A stretch of DNA of 64,000 nt from Candidatus Pacearchaeota archaeon. Its GTDB lineage: Archaea > Nanobdellota > Nanobdellia > Pacearchaeales > GW2011-AR1. The DNA lies in the NCBI GenBank assembly GCA_050303855.1, contig JBNLCO010000010.1:124093-188092 (forward strand), in the 5' to 3' direction. A program made the position numbers and the translations under genes. Positions 33,850 through 43,005 of this stretch are shown here, in pieces (position 1 is the first letter of the stretch; every line of letters begins with the position of its first letter). The notes beneath the pieces were generated by a model. It had not been told where the DNA came from, searched no databases, and worked only from the letters and a program-made list of their open reading frames with translations.

Positions 33850-34416
33850 TTAAATTAATATTTTCTCTAATTCGTTTATAAATTTCTTTGAACCTTTACG
33901 AACTATTTTTTTATCTAAATAATTTTCTTCGGTATTGAGAACTAAATAGGAAACAAAATCAACCCCTGGATATTTGAAGTCAAGGTCTATATCTTCCCAG
34001 TACTTTGCTGTTTTATCCCAAACAGATACGTCTGAAGGATCTGAGATAAGTCCATCTGAAGGGGGCCTAGATTTCATTCTTTTCTTTGCTTCAGCCTCAG
34101 AACAAACACATTCTACAACAATTACATTCTTTCCTGCACCCGAAGCTACACCATAAATCTGTTGTCTTCTAAAGGTATGTCTATTTACGCTATCGATTAT
34201 TACCCCTTTCCCTTTGGTTAAATAATCCATTGCAGTCCGATCAATAAGCCTTAAAGTTTCTTCTTGTTTCTTTGGCATTTTTTTTAGTCCTAAATTACGT
34301 CTTACTTCGTTTTGAGAAATATATTCATAATTTTGGAGGCCTTTAGCCAATTTAGCAGAAGCACTAGTTTTACCTGTACCGGGGAAACCAGTCATCAAAA
34401 TGAGGTAATTTTCCAT
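33850..34416 (-). CDS. P-loop kinase-like ATP-binding protein (AAA_33-like)
   Basis: The internal ATG at 34416 (MENYLILMTGFPGTGKTSAS...) is preferred because it avoids overlap with the upstream SDR gene and places the Walker A motif at the N-terminus. Confidence 0.65.
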   Translation of the reverse strand: MENYLILMTGFPGTGKTSASAKLAKGLQNYEYISQNEVRRNLGLKKMPKKQEETLRLIDRTAMDYLTKGKGVIIDSVNRHTFRRQQIYGVASGAGKNVIVVECVCSEAEAKKRMKSRPPSDGLISDPSDVSVWDKTAKYWEDIDLDFKYPGVDFVSYLVLNTEENYLDKKIVRKGSKKFINELEKILI

Positions 34417-34438
34417 ATAACCCCAATTTTTATTTAAT

Positions 34439-35128
34439 TTAAATAGATTTATGTCTTTGTTTAGAATGTTTTCTTCCATCTAAAATGAGTTCAGATTTTT
34501 TTTCTTTGTATGCAGCAAATATTTCTTCTGAAACATATTTTGGATCCATGGAGTTTTCTCTACCAGGTCGAGTTCTTATTCTAGTTGGATAAACTCCCAT
34601 CACATGTATTCCGTTTTCAATTGCTTCCAAATTTAAGCTATCTGTGAAACCCTTAAGCCCGTATTTGCATGCTGAAGCCACGCTACGAAACTTTTTGCTT
34701 TCAAGGCCCATTATTGAGTTAATATTTATGATTGTTCCAGAGTTCTTCTTTAAAAAAAGAGGATAAATTTCCTTAGATAATTTTATTGGAGCATATAGAT
34801 TTGTTTCGAGTAATTCGTCTACTGTTTCTCTGGATATTTTATCTAAGGGTAAACCAGGACAAAAAACCCCTGCATTATTTACTAAAATTGACAAGTCTTT
34901 TTTCTCTGCAATGTTTGCCAAGTCCTTAATAGTCTTCTCGGATCTTAAATCTCCATAAACCACTTCCACCTTTGACCCGTATTTTAGTATTTCTCTCTGA
35001 GAATCATTTAAGCTAGTTTTATCCCTTCCATGGATTATTAAATTGTAACCTTCTCTTGCAAAAGTTAAAGCTAATTCCTTTCCAAGACCTTTGCTAGAAC
35101 CAGTTATCAGAACAGATTCTTTTTTCAT
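34439..35128 (-). CDS. short-chain dehydrogenase/reductase (classical SDR)
   Basis: Contains VLITGSSKGLGKELAL...NNAG... Confidence 0.8.
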   Translation of the reverse strand: MKKESVLITGSSKGLGKELALTFAREGYNLIIHGRDKTSLNDSQREILKYGSKVEVVYGDLRSEKTIKDLANIAEKKDLSILVNNAGVFCPGLPLDKISRETVDELLETNLYAPIKLSKEIYPLFLKKNSGTIININSIMGLESKKFRSVASACKYGLKGFTDSLNLEAIENGIHVMGVYPTRIRTRPGRENSMDPKYVSEEIFAAYKEKKSELILDGRKHSKQRHKSI

Positions 35129-35132
35129 TTTT

Positions 35133-36044
35133 TTAATTCGAAGAATTTTTTGAATACCAATCCAAAGTTTTTACAATACCTTCTTCAAGCGGGACTTTTT
35201 GAGACCACCCAATTTCATTTGCTTTGGTACAATCTAAGGATAGATTCATCTTAATCGTAGGTTTTGTTGTATCATGCTCAATTTTCAAATTCTTTCCGGA
35301 GGCATTAATGATCTTCTTTGTTAAGTCATTAACTGGTACTTGCTCTCCAGATCCAACATTATAAACCCCATCAAGTTCTTTTTCAAGAGCAATTTCCACA
35401 AAATCTACAAAATCAGAAACATACAAGAAATCTCTTTTTTCTTTTCCATCTCCCCAAATTACAATGCTTTCTCCGTCTGGAGTATTAGTAACTTCATTAA
35501 TTTTTGCTGCAAAAACATGAGAAGTAGCCAAATCAAAATTATCGTTAGGTCCGTAAATATTGGAGTGTCTCATCACAGTATGTTTTGTTCTTCCCAATCC
35601 AGAATAAAAATTGCACATATTTTCAAGATAAATCTTTGTACCTCCTCCACCTGAATATTTTACATTTGGAGAAGTGGGATCTGTTTCCTTATGGGGTTTA
35701 TCGCTTGAAGGGTAAACATTTGTACAGCTTGGAAATATAAACTGTTTAACATTATTTTCAAAAGCACTTCTTAACAAAAGAGAATTCATTACTGCATTAT
35801 CGGTTACATGAATATAAGGCCTCTCTATTATATCTTTAACCCCTGTACTCGTAGCAGCCATTTGAATTATAACGTCTTGACCTTTTACTACCCTTTCAAC
35901 GTCTTCTTTTCTAGTTAAATCGGCATATACATCTGATTTATTTCTAAATCCAACTCCTGTAACATCATATTTATCTTTTAGTCTTTCATATATGTTACTT
36001 CCTAAGAATCCTGTTGCTCCAGTTATTAACACTTTCTTTTTCAT
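35133..36044 (-). CDS. NAD-dependent nucleotide-sugar epimerase/reductase (extended SDR)
   Basis: Contains KVLITGATGFLGSNIYERL... Confidence 0.78.
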   Translation of the reverse strand: MKKKVLITGATGFLGSNIYERLKDKYDVTGVGFRNKSDVYADLTRKEDVERVVKGQDVIIQMAATSTGVKDIIERPYIHVTDNAVMNSLLLRSAFENNVKQFIFPSCTNVYPSSDKPHKETDPTSPNVKYSGGGGTKIYLENMCNFYSGLGRTKHTVMRHSNIYGPNDNFDLATSHVFAAKINEVTNTPDGESIVIWGDGKEKRDFLYVSDFVDFVEIALEKELDGVYNVGSGEQVPVNDLTKKIINASGKNLKIEHDTTKPTIKMNLSLDCTKANEIGWSQKVPLEEGIVKTLDWYSKNSSN

Positions 36045-36081
36045 TATATATCTTCCTTTACTTTTTACTTTTTATATTTTA

Positions 36082-37062
36082 TCATTCAAAGATATTATAT
36101 CTTTTATTTACAATATCTTTATTTTCTTTATACCAATCCATTGTTCTCCGAACTCCCTCTTCTAGAGATACTTTTGGATTCCATCCAAGAGACTTTGCTC
36201 TTGATACATCCATTAACCTTATTTTATCTCCTCTTGGCATAGAAGGATCCCATTTTATGGAGGGTTTTCCTTCAATGTTATTTACAATTATATTTGCTAA
36301 TTCTTTTATGCTCTTTCTTTCCCCTGATCCAAGATTTAAAGGGTAGTCTGGGCCTGGAGCCTTTTCTAAAGCCACAAGCATTCCTTCAGCAACATCCTCT
36401 GAATAAATGAAATCTCTTATTGGACTTCCATCTCCTCCTACTTTAAGGGGATTTTCTCCATCAACAGCCCTTTTTATCAATGAAGGTATTACCATTGCGT
36501 TATTCACATCAAAGTTATCAAAAGGCCCGTAGACATTTGCAGGTCTTACTATTGCTGTTTTATCCCACCCATGTTGAATTTTATATGCCCTTGCTTGTAA
36601 TTCACCAGATCTCTTTGCATAACCCCCAAACAAATCATTCTCGGAAGGAAGCGTTTTGAAAACGTCATCCTCTCTCAAAATTTCGGCAGGTTGATAAACA
36701 CCTATTGTGCTTGTAAACAAGAATCTTTCTGTCCCCTCTTTTCTAGCAGCTTCCATCAAATTTGTATTAAATTGGAGAACAGGAACAAGAAAATTAGCTG
36801 GTTTTTCCAAGGTCATTTTTGGAGAACCTTTTATTCCAAGAAGATTAAAAACATAATCCTGTCCTTCGCAAGCAATTTCACAGTTGTGATAATTGGTTAG
36901 ATCAAGTTTCAAATATTCTGAATTGGGATTTGCCCTTGAAGGATCATCCATTGAAACAACTCTTACATTTGCACCTTCCTCAAGAAGTCTATTTACTAGA
37001 GGCTTTCCAATAAGTCCGGTTCCCCCTGCGACAAGAACGTTTTTTCCCTCATAAAAACCCAT
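36082..37062 (-). CDS. NAD-dependent nucleotide-sugar epimerase/dehydratase (extended SDR)
   Basis: Contains NVLVAGGTGLIGKPLVNRLL...GGYAKRSGE...; first gene of the minus-strand sub-operon 37062 to 33850. Confidence 0.78.
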   Translation of the reverse strand: MGFYEGKNVLVAGGTGLIGKPLVNRLLEEGANVRVVSMDDPSRANPNSEYLKLDLTNYHNCEIACEGQDYVFNLLGIKGSPKMTLEKPANFLVPVLQFNTNLMEAARKEGTERFLFTSTIGVYQPAEILREDDVFKTLPSENDLFGGYAKRSGELQARAYKIQHGWDKTAIVRPANVYGPFDNFDVNNAMVIPSLIKRAVDGENPLKVGGDGSPIRDFIYSEDVAEGMLVALEKAPGPDYPLNLGSGERKSIKELANIIVNNIEGKPSIKWDPSMPRGDKIRLMDVSRAKSLGWNPKVSLEEGVRRTMDWYKENKDIVNKRYNIFE

Positions 37063-37083
37063 AAAGAGATGTATTTCCTTTTC

Positions 37084-37090
37084 TTTTTAA
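37084..37090 (-). promoter_or_regulatory. TATA-like box (TTAAAAA on the minus strand) about 25 nt upstream of the ATG at 37062
   Basis: Divergent partner of the plus-strand box at 37144-37152. Confidence 0.4.
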
Positions 37091-37143
37091 GGATTTGTTT
37101 TATTGATAGTATATTTACAAAACATACAGAAAAGAACAATTAA

Positions 37144-37152
37144 TTTTATAAA
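37144..37152 (+). promoter_or_regulatory. TATA-like box (TTTTATAAA) about 26 nt upstream of the ATG at 37174
   Basis: Same geometry as the other promoters in the window. Confidence 0.5.
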
Positions 37153-37173
37153 CAATTATAGCCCAGGTTCAGG

Positions 37174-38304
37174 ATGGGAATTTCTTTTGGAGATTTGAGA
37201 GTCAGTAAGGAGTCTAGAAAACATCTTGAAGACTGTCTCAATAATAATATGATTTCTGGAGGAGATAAAGTGAAAATCTTGGAGGATTCTTGGGGAAAAC
37301 TTTTTGGATATAAATATAATGTTGCTATGGGTTCTGGAACAGATGCAGATATGGCTGCTGCAATGACTCTTTATGATACAGTGGAAGCCAAACCAGGTGA
37401 TGAGGTTATCGTTCCTGCTCTTGCATTTGCAGCCGTAGGGAATAGTGTAAGAGCTGCAGGTTTTACACCTAAATTTGTTGACATAGAAAGAGAAACATTA
37501 AACATCAACCCTGATTTGATTGAAGAAAAAATAACTCCAAAAACAAAGGCCATAATGGCAGTCCATACAATGGGAAAACCAAATGAGATGGACAAAATAA
37601 CTCAAATTGCAAACAAGTATAACCTAAGGGTTTTAGAAGATTGTTGTGAATCTCATGGGGGAGAATATAAGGGGAAGTTTTTAGGTAGCTTTGGGGATGC
37701 ATCTGCATTTAGTTTTTATGTTGCACACATTGTTTCTTGTGGTGATGGAGGCATGCTTTCAACAAACTCTGAAGAGATAAGCGATTTAGCCGATTCAGTA
37801 AAACACCACGGAAGAAAACCTAGAACAATTTATTTTGATCATCCAAGATTTGGTATGAATTTTAGGATGAATGCCTTGACAGCTTCCATAGGCATCCCCG
37901 AAATACAAAATTTTTGGAAGATTTTTGATAAAAGAAAAGGCAATTTGAATTATTTACTGGATTCAACAAAAGACCTTCAGGATTTTGCTTATTTTGTTAA
38001 GGAGGAACCTCATGAGGTTGTCTCTCCTCACGCTTTTAGTATAACTCTTAAAAATCCGGATCACGATTTCAAAGGATTGTATGCATTCTTAGAAAAAAAT
38101 GATATAGAATGTAAAAGAAACTTCGGGAGTATGCCAACACAGCATAAAGCTTTTGAATATCTTGGATACAAGAAAGGTGAATTTCCTGAAGCAGAGTATG
38201 TTGGAGATAATGGGTTGCATTTTGGAATCCATCAATTCTTAGAAAAGAGTGATTTAGATTATGCTTCAGAAAAAATCCACGAATATTTTAAAAAATTTAA
38301 ATAA
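37174..38304 (+). CDS. DegT/DnrJ/EryC1-family PLP/PMP enzyme with His in place of the Schiff-base Lys (ColD-like sugar 3-dehydratase candidate)
   Basis: 376 aa. The motif region is ...DASAFSFYVAHIVSCGDGGM... In aminotransferases of this family the aligned position (SF...K....GEGG) is Lys; here it is His185 (codon CAC at 37726-37728). Confidence 0.7.
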   Translation: MGISFGDLRVSKESRKHLEDCLNNNMISGGDKVKILEDSWGKLFGYKYNVAMGSGTDADMAAAMTLYDTVEAKPGDEVIVPALAFAAVGNSVRAAGFTPKFVDIERETLNINPDLIEEKITPKTKAIMAVHTMGKPNEMDKITQIANKYNLRVLEDCCESHGGEYKGKFLGSFGDASAFSFYVAHIVSCGDGGMLSTNSEEISDLADSVKHHGRKPRTIYFDHPRFGMNFRMNALTASIGIPEIQNFWKIFDKRKGNLNYLLDSTKDLQDFAYFVKEEPHEVVSPHAFSITLKNPDHDFKGLYAFLEKNDIECKRNFGSMPTQHKAFEYLGYKKGEFPEAEYVGDNGLHFGIHQFLEKSDLDYASEKIHEYFKKFK

Positions 38305-38310
38305 AAAAAT

Positions 38311-39168
38311 TTATTTTTTAGAATCTAAAGATTGAATATAGTTCTTTATTTCATTCAAATTGTCTTCGGATATTTTGTAGAAAAGGTTTTCTTCGGGAAA
38401 ACTTCCAGATCTTATTTCGTTTACATAACTAGACAAACCTTTCTTCATTTCACTTCCAACATCTGAGAATTGTTTTACAAACTTAGCTTTTATTCCGCCT
38501 AAACCAACCACATCGTTAACTATTGCCAAGATACCGTCTACGTTTTTTCCAGCCCCGATTCCGTAAACAGGAATGTTCAAAGATTTTGCGATATATCCTG
38601 CAGGTTCATTTGGAACAGCTTCCAAAAGTATTGCGCAAGCTCCCGCGTCCTGTAATGCTTTTGAATCATTATAGAGGGTTTTGAATCCGTCTAAACTTTT
38701 TGATTGTACAACCCCCATTAGATCTGTTGATTGGGGTGTATATCCTATATGCCCTATTGTCGCTATCCCAGCATCTTTCAAGGCCTTTACTCTTTGAGTT
38801 ACTCTTTCTCCCCCTTCAAGCTTAACTGCATCAACACCTGCTTCTTTCATAAATCTTAATGCATTGAAAGTTGCATTTTCATTAGAAATTTGGTAAGAAC
38901 CTAAAGGCATATCCCCCACAATAAAAGTATTTGGAGCTCCTCTACGGACTGCTTTTGTTAACATGATCATCTCATCCATTGTTACTGGAATAGTATTTTC
39001 ATAACCTAGAAGATTATTTCCTGCAGAATCTCCAACAAGGATCATATCCACTCCAGACTCTTCAGCTATTCTTGCTGTTTGAAAATCATAAGAAGTTATC
39101 CATGTGACTTTTTCCCCTTTTTTTTTCATCTTTACAAGATCTCCGAGGGTTTTTCTCTTTCCTTCCAT
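38311..39168 (-). CDS. panB: 3-methyl-2-oxobutanoate hydroxymethyltransferase (PanB family)
   Basis: Contains ...KVTWITSYDFQTARIAEESGVDMILVGDSAGNNLLGYENTIPVTMDEMIMLTKAVRRGAPNTFIVGDMPLGSYQ... Confidence 0.8.
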   Translation of the reverse strand: MEGKRKTLGDLVKMKKKGEKVTWITSYDFQTARIAEESGVDMILVGDSAGNNLLGYENTIPVTMDEMIMLTKAVRRGAPNTFIVGDMPLGSYQISNENATFNALRFMKEAGVDAVKLEGGERVTQRVKALKDAGIATIGHIGYTPQSTDLMGVVQSKSLDGFKTLYNDSKALQDAGACAILLEAVPNEPAGYIAKSLNIPVYGIGAGKNVDGILAIVNDVVGLGGIKAKFVKQFSDVGSEMKKGLSSYVNEIRSGSFPEENLFYKISEDNLNEIKNYIQSLDSKK

Positions 39169-39394
39169 ATTCTTTGGTACAGGCTATTCTTTTTAAAATT
39201 AATTATATCCTAAAATACACTAAATAAAGGATGCTTTGATAAATTCAATTGTTTAACTAAGTTTTAGATTAAATTTATAACAATCCTTTTGGAAAAAATG
39301 TCTTTTACCCTATAAATATTTATAAACAATTTTCTTATTATTGGAAAATGAGGTTTATCATCTTTTTGAATAAAGTATTGATTGCAGGCAAAAG

Positions 39395-41440
39395 ATGAAA
39401 GCATTGATACTTGCAGGAGGATTTGGTACCCGACTTCAAGGGGTTGTTAAAGATGTTCCAAAACCAATGGCCTCTATTGCGGGAAAACCTTTTTTGGAGC
39501 ATCAGATACGTTATTTGAAAAGACAAGGAATTAACGAATTTATCTTGGGAGTTCATTATAAATCAGATGTCATAAAATCTTATTTTGGCAACGGTATGAG
39601 GCAAGATGTAAGCATAACTTATTCTGAAGAGGATTCTCCTCTTGGAACAGGGGGAGCAATAAAACTCGCGCAGAAATTCATTGACGGGCCATTTTTAGTT
39701 TTGAATGGGGACTCGTATACTGATTTGGATCTGGGCAAATTTATGAGATTCCATGAAAAAAATAATTCTGTTGCAAGCATGGTCTTGCAAAAAATGGAAA
39801 AGGATAATTCCCACTATGGAAATGTTGAATTAGAAGGGGATACAATAAAGAGATATTCCGAAAAAAAATCAGTTGGCAAAGGACTGTCCAATTCAGGAAT
39901 CTATTTATTTGATCAAGAGATATTTGACTACATTCCTGGATCTAAAAAGATTTCTTTGGAAGAAAGAGTGTTTCCTGAACTGGTAAAGAAGGGTGCTATT
40001 TCTGGATTTGTCAACAAAGGTTATTTTGTCGATATCGGAAGACCCGAGACCTATCTTCAATTTAAAAAAGATTTTATTGAGAAATTGCAATCTTCAAAAG
40101 ACATTATTTTAAGAGATGCTATAAAAAAGATGTATGAAAATGGTTCAGACATATTGTTTATGGTTAATGAAGAGAAAGAATTTCAAGGTTTGCTAACAGA
40201 TGGAATTATTAAAAGATACCTAATAAGAGGGGGAGAATTTGAAGCAGGAGTTGATGAAGCCATGATAGAAAAACCAGAAAGGATTGCTACAATAAAAGAC
40301 AGTGAGGATAAAATAAGAGGTTTCTTAAAAGAAGGGGTCAAGAATCTTCCAATACTGGACGAACAAGGAAAAATATACGATATTCGATTTAGAACCGAAG
40401 AGGTAAAAGGAGAAGAATATCCAACCATTAGAGGTAAAACTCCTTTGAGAATAAGTTTTGCAGGAGGCGGTACAGATATGCCCTATTTTTTTGAGAAATA
40501 CGGAGGGGCTGTAATAAGCACAACTATTGATAAGTATTGCAACATTACTGCAAAAAAAAGAGGGGATTCCAAAATCGTAATTAATTCGGATATTTTAGAG
40601 GAGGAAGTGATTTTGGATGCCGGGAATTTAAAATATGATAGAAGTAAATTTGATCTAGTAAAATCAGTATATAATCTTGTAAACCCGGGGTGTGGTGTTG
40701 ATCTCCATTTGAATAATGACGTACCTCCAGGAAGAGGTCTTGGTTCATCTGCATCATTTGCAGTTCTTTTAACTAAAATTTTGGGCAAGCTAAAAGGGAG
40801 TAATTTGAGTGATGAGGAAGTTGCAGAATTTGCTTATAGAGCAGAAGTTGAAGAATTGGGAATAAGAGGAGGCAAGCAAGATCAATACGCTGCAGTATTT
40901 GGAGGATTTAATTGGATGGAATTTGAAAATGGAAATAGAAAAATAATGACATCCCTTAGAATAAAAGAAGATACTTTGAATGAATTGAAAGATCATTTAA
41001 CTTTATGCTACACTGGCAAAGAACATGAATCAATCCATCAACAGAAGTTATTGGAAGACAAATTTAAAAAAGAGAACCAGAGTGCAATTGAAAGGCTAAA
41101 AAGAATGAAACTTAATGCACGAGAAATAAAGAATTATCTTCTATCTCCGACCCCCGATTTTCAAAGGATAGGCGAGATAACCCATAAAATCTGGACAGAT
41201 AAAAAGAAGACTTCTTCGAAAGTAACCAGCAAAGTTATTGAAAACCTTTATGAAGTGGGAATGACTAATGGATCATATGGAGGTAAGCTTTTAGGTTCTG
41301 GTGGGGGAGGCTACTTGTTATTTTTCCATCCTCCAGAAAAAAGGAACAAATTAGAGAGAGGATTATCTCAGGAAGGTGGAGAAATCATGAACTTCAATTT
41401 TACTGAAGATGGTGCCAAGATATGGGTTCCGAACAAATAA
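39395..41440 (+). CDS. tri-domain fusion: sugar-1-phosphate nucleotidyltransferase (HddC/ManC-like) + CBS pair + GHMP sugar kinase (HddA-like)
   Basis: N-terminus MKALILAGGFGTRLQ...KPM. The middle has a CBS-like segment (...LLTDGIIKRYL...NLPILDEQGKIYDIRF). The C-terminal half has RGKTPLRISFAGGGTDMPYFFEKYGGAVISTTIDKY...PPGRGLGSSASFAV (GHMP motif). Confidence 0.8.
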   Translation: MKALILAGGFGTRLQGVVKDVPKPMASIAGKPFLEHQIRYLKRQGINEFILGVHYKSDVIKSYFGNGMRQDVSITYSEEDSPLGTGGAIKLAQKFIDGPFLVLNGDSYTDLDLGKFMRFHEKNNSVASMVLQKMEKDNSHYGNVELEGDTIKRYSEKKSVGKGLSNSGIYLFDQEIFDYIPGSKKISLEERVFPELVKKGAISGFVNKGYFVDIGRPETYLQFKKDFIEKLQSSKDIILRDAIKKMYENGSDILFMVNEEKEFQGLLTDGIIKRYLIRGGEFEAGVDEAMIEKPERIATIKDSEDKIRGFLKEGVKNLPILDEQGKIYDIRFRTEEVKGEEYPTIRGKTPLRISFAGGGTDMPYFFEKYGGAVISTTIDKYCNITAKKRGDSKIVINSDILEEEVILDAGNLKYDRSKFDLVKSVYNLVNPGCGVDLHLNNDVPPGRGLGSSASFAVLLTKILGKLKGSNLSDEEVAEFAYRAEVEELGIRGGKQDQYAAVFGGFNWMEFENGNRKIMTSLRIKEDTLNELKDHLTLCYTGKEHESIHQQKLLEDKFKKENQSAIERLKRMKLNAREIKNYLLSPTPDFQRIGEITHKIWTDKKKTSSKVTSKVIENLYEVGMTNGSYGGKLLGSGGGGYLLFFHPPEKRNKLERGLSQEGGEIMNFNFTEDGAKIWVPNK

Positions 41441-41441
41441 A

Positions 41442-42314
41442 ATGAATAATAATAAATCCAAGAAATTTGATTTGAATACTCCTGTTTTATTTTTAGTATT
41501 TAATCGATTAAATTCTACAAAAAAAGTTTTTGAAGAAATTAAGAAAGCTAAGCCAAAAAAAATATTCATAGCTGCAGATGGGCCTCGGAATCAAGAAGAA
41601 AAATCTAAGACAGATTCTGTTAGAGAATATATTATAAAAAACATTAAATGGAAATGTCAGGTCAAAACTCTTTTTCGGGAAAAAAACCTTGGTTGCAAAT
41701 ATGCAGTATCTTCCGCGATTGATTGGTTCTTCAAAAATGTTGAAAGAGGGATTATATTAGAGGATGATTGTTTGCCTAACCAAAGTTTCTTTAGATTTTG
41801 TCAAGAAATGCTTGAAAAATACAGGGATAACGAGAAAATAATGCATGTTTCAGGGACCAATATTGAAGAAGTCTCAAAAATTCCAGAGAGTTATTTCCTC
41901 TCAAGATGCACCAACGTTTGGGGATGGGCTACATGGAGAAGAGCTTGGAAAGATTATGATGTTGAAATGAGAAAATGGCCAATTTGGAAAATAAAAATTC
42001 TTGGTCTGATGAAAAATTATGGACTATTTAACAAAATAAAATCTTGGAGGTTGTATGAATTAACTTATAGAAATAAGATAAATACGTGGGACTACCAATG
42101 GGATTTCTTATGTAGAATAAAAAAAGGACTAAGCATTGTTCCAAAGGTTAATTTGATAACCAATCTCGGTTTTATTGAAGGAACCCATACAGTCAATTAT
42201 CAAAAAAATGAAAAAACATTAAAGAGGAGAGAGCTAAAATTCCCTTTAGAATCCAGAAAAATCAATATTTTGGAAGAATATCAGAAGAAATATTTTAGAT
42301 TCTTTGGGAAATAA
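41442..42314 (+). CDS. GT-A-fold nucleotide-diphospho-sugar transferase-like protein
   Basis: The ATG at 41442 (TAA-A-ATG junction) is preferred over the track start at 41409. Contains ...TPVLFLVFNRLNSTKKVFEEI...IILEDDCLP... (DxD-like). Confidence 0.55.
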   Translation: MNNNKSKKFDLNTPVLFLVFNRLNSTKKVFEEIKKAKPKKIFIAADGPRNQEEKSKTDSVREYIIKNIKWKCQVKTLFREKNLGCKYAVSSAIDWFFKNVERGIILEDDCLPNQSFFRFCQEMLEKYRDNEKIMHVSGTNIEEVSKIPESYFLSRCTNVWGWATWRRAWKDYDVEMRKWPIWKIKILGLMKNYGLFNKIKSWRLYELTYRNKINTWDYQWDFLCRIKKGLSIVPKVNLITNLGFIEGTHTVNYQKNEKTLKRRELKFPLESRKINILEEYQKKYFRFFGK

Positions 42315-42351
42315 GGAATATTTTTAAAAAGTGTATGGAATTGGTTAATCA

Positions 42352-43005
42352 ATGGTCGAAAAGCTTAGGGGAGATTATTCACTCCATACTTTCAAAAAAG
42401 AAATTTTTAGAAGAGTTCCAAGAAATTCTAAGGTTTTGGAAGTTGGATGTAATTTTGGTCTTTTAGGAAAAGCCCTTAAAGATAAAAAAGAATGTACTGT
42501 TTACGGTATAGAGATTTATGAGCCTGCTCTGAAGAAGGCTAAAGAGAATCTTGATTTAGCAAAGAAAGTAGATTTGGAAGATTATTCTTTACCATTTAAG
42601 GAGAAATTTGATGTAATAATCTTTGAAGATGTTCTCGAGCATATACGATACCCAGAAGTTACACTTAAATTATATAGGGATATGCTTACCCCAAAAGGAA
42701 AAATCATCATATCTCTTCCAAATGTTGCAAACATAAAAATTAGATTTAAACTTTTATTTGGAAAATGGGACTATGAAGATGAAGGGATACTAGACAAAAG
42801 TCATTTTAAATTTTATACAAGAAAAACTTCTCTTCTTCTCCTAAGAAATGCAGGCTACTCTGCAAAAATAGTAGACTTTACTCCAGGTTTTAGTTTTATA
42901 TTTTTTAGGTTTTACCCCTTATTAAAGAGAATAAGGAAGGTTCTATGTTCAATAAACCCAAAATTATTTTCACAACAGTTTATCCTAGAAGGAAAATTAA
43001 GATGA
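42352..43005 (+). CDS. class I SAM-dependent methyltransferase
   Basis: Contains ...KVLEVGCNFGLLGKAL...IIFEDVLEHI... Confidence 0.8.
   Translation: MVEKLRGDYSLHTFKKEIFRRVPRNSKVLEVGCNFGLLGKALKDKKECTVYGIEIYEPALKKAKENLDLAKKVDLEDYSLPFKEKFDVIIFEDVLEHIRYPEVTLKLYRDMLTPKGKIIISLPNVANIKIRFKLLFGKWDYEDEGILDKSHFKFYTRKTSLLLLRNAGYSAKIVDFTPGFSFIFFRFYPLLKRIRKVLCSINPKLFSQQFILEGKLR

Noticed and set aside
38311-39168. Possibility that the PanB-like gene is a PEP mutase, which together with the ThDP enzyme and the DegT-like enzyme would suggest a phosphonate (AEP) pathway.
   Set aside because: The sequence carries the PanB-specific motifs (ITSYD, LVGDS.G, T..VT.DEM, DMPLGSY) rather than PEP-mutase motifs. The ThDP enzyme is ALS-sized (595 aa) and not phosphonopyruvate-decarboxylase-like.
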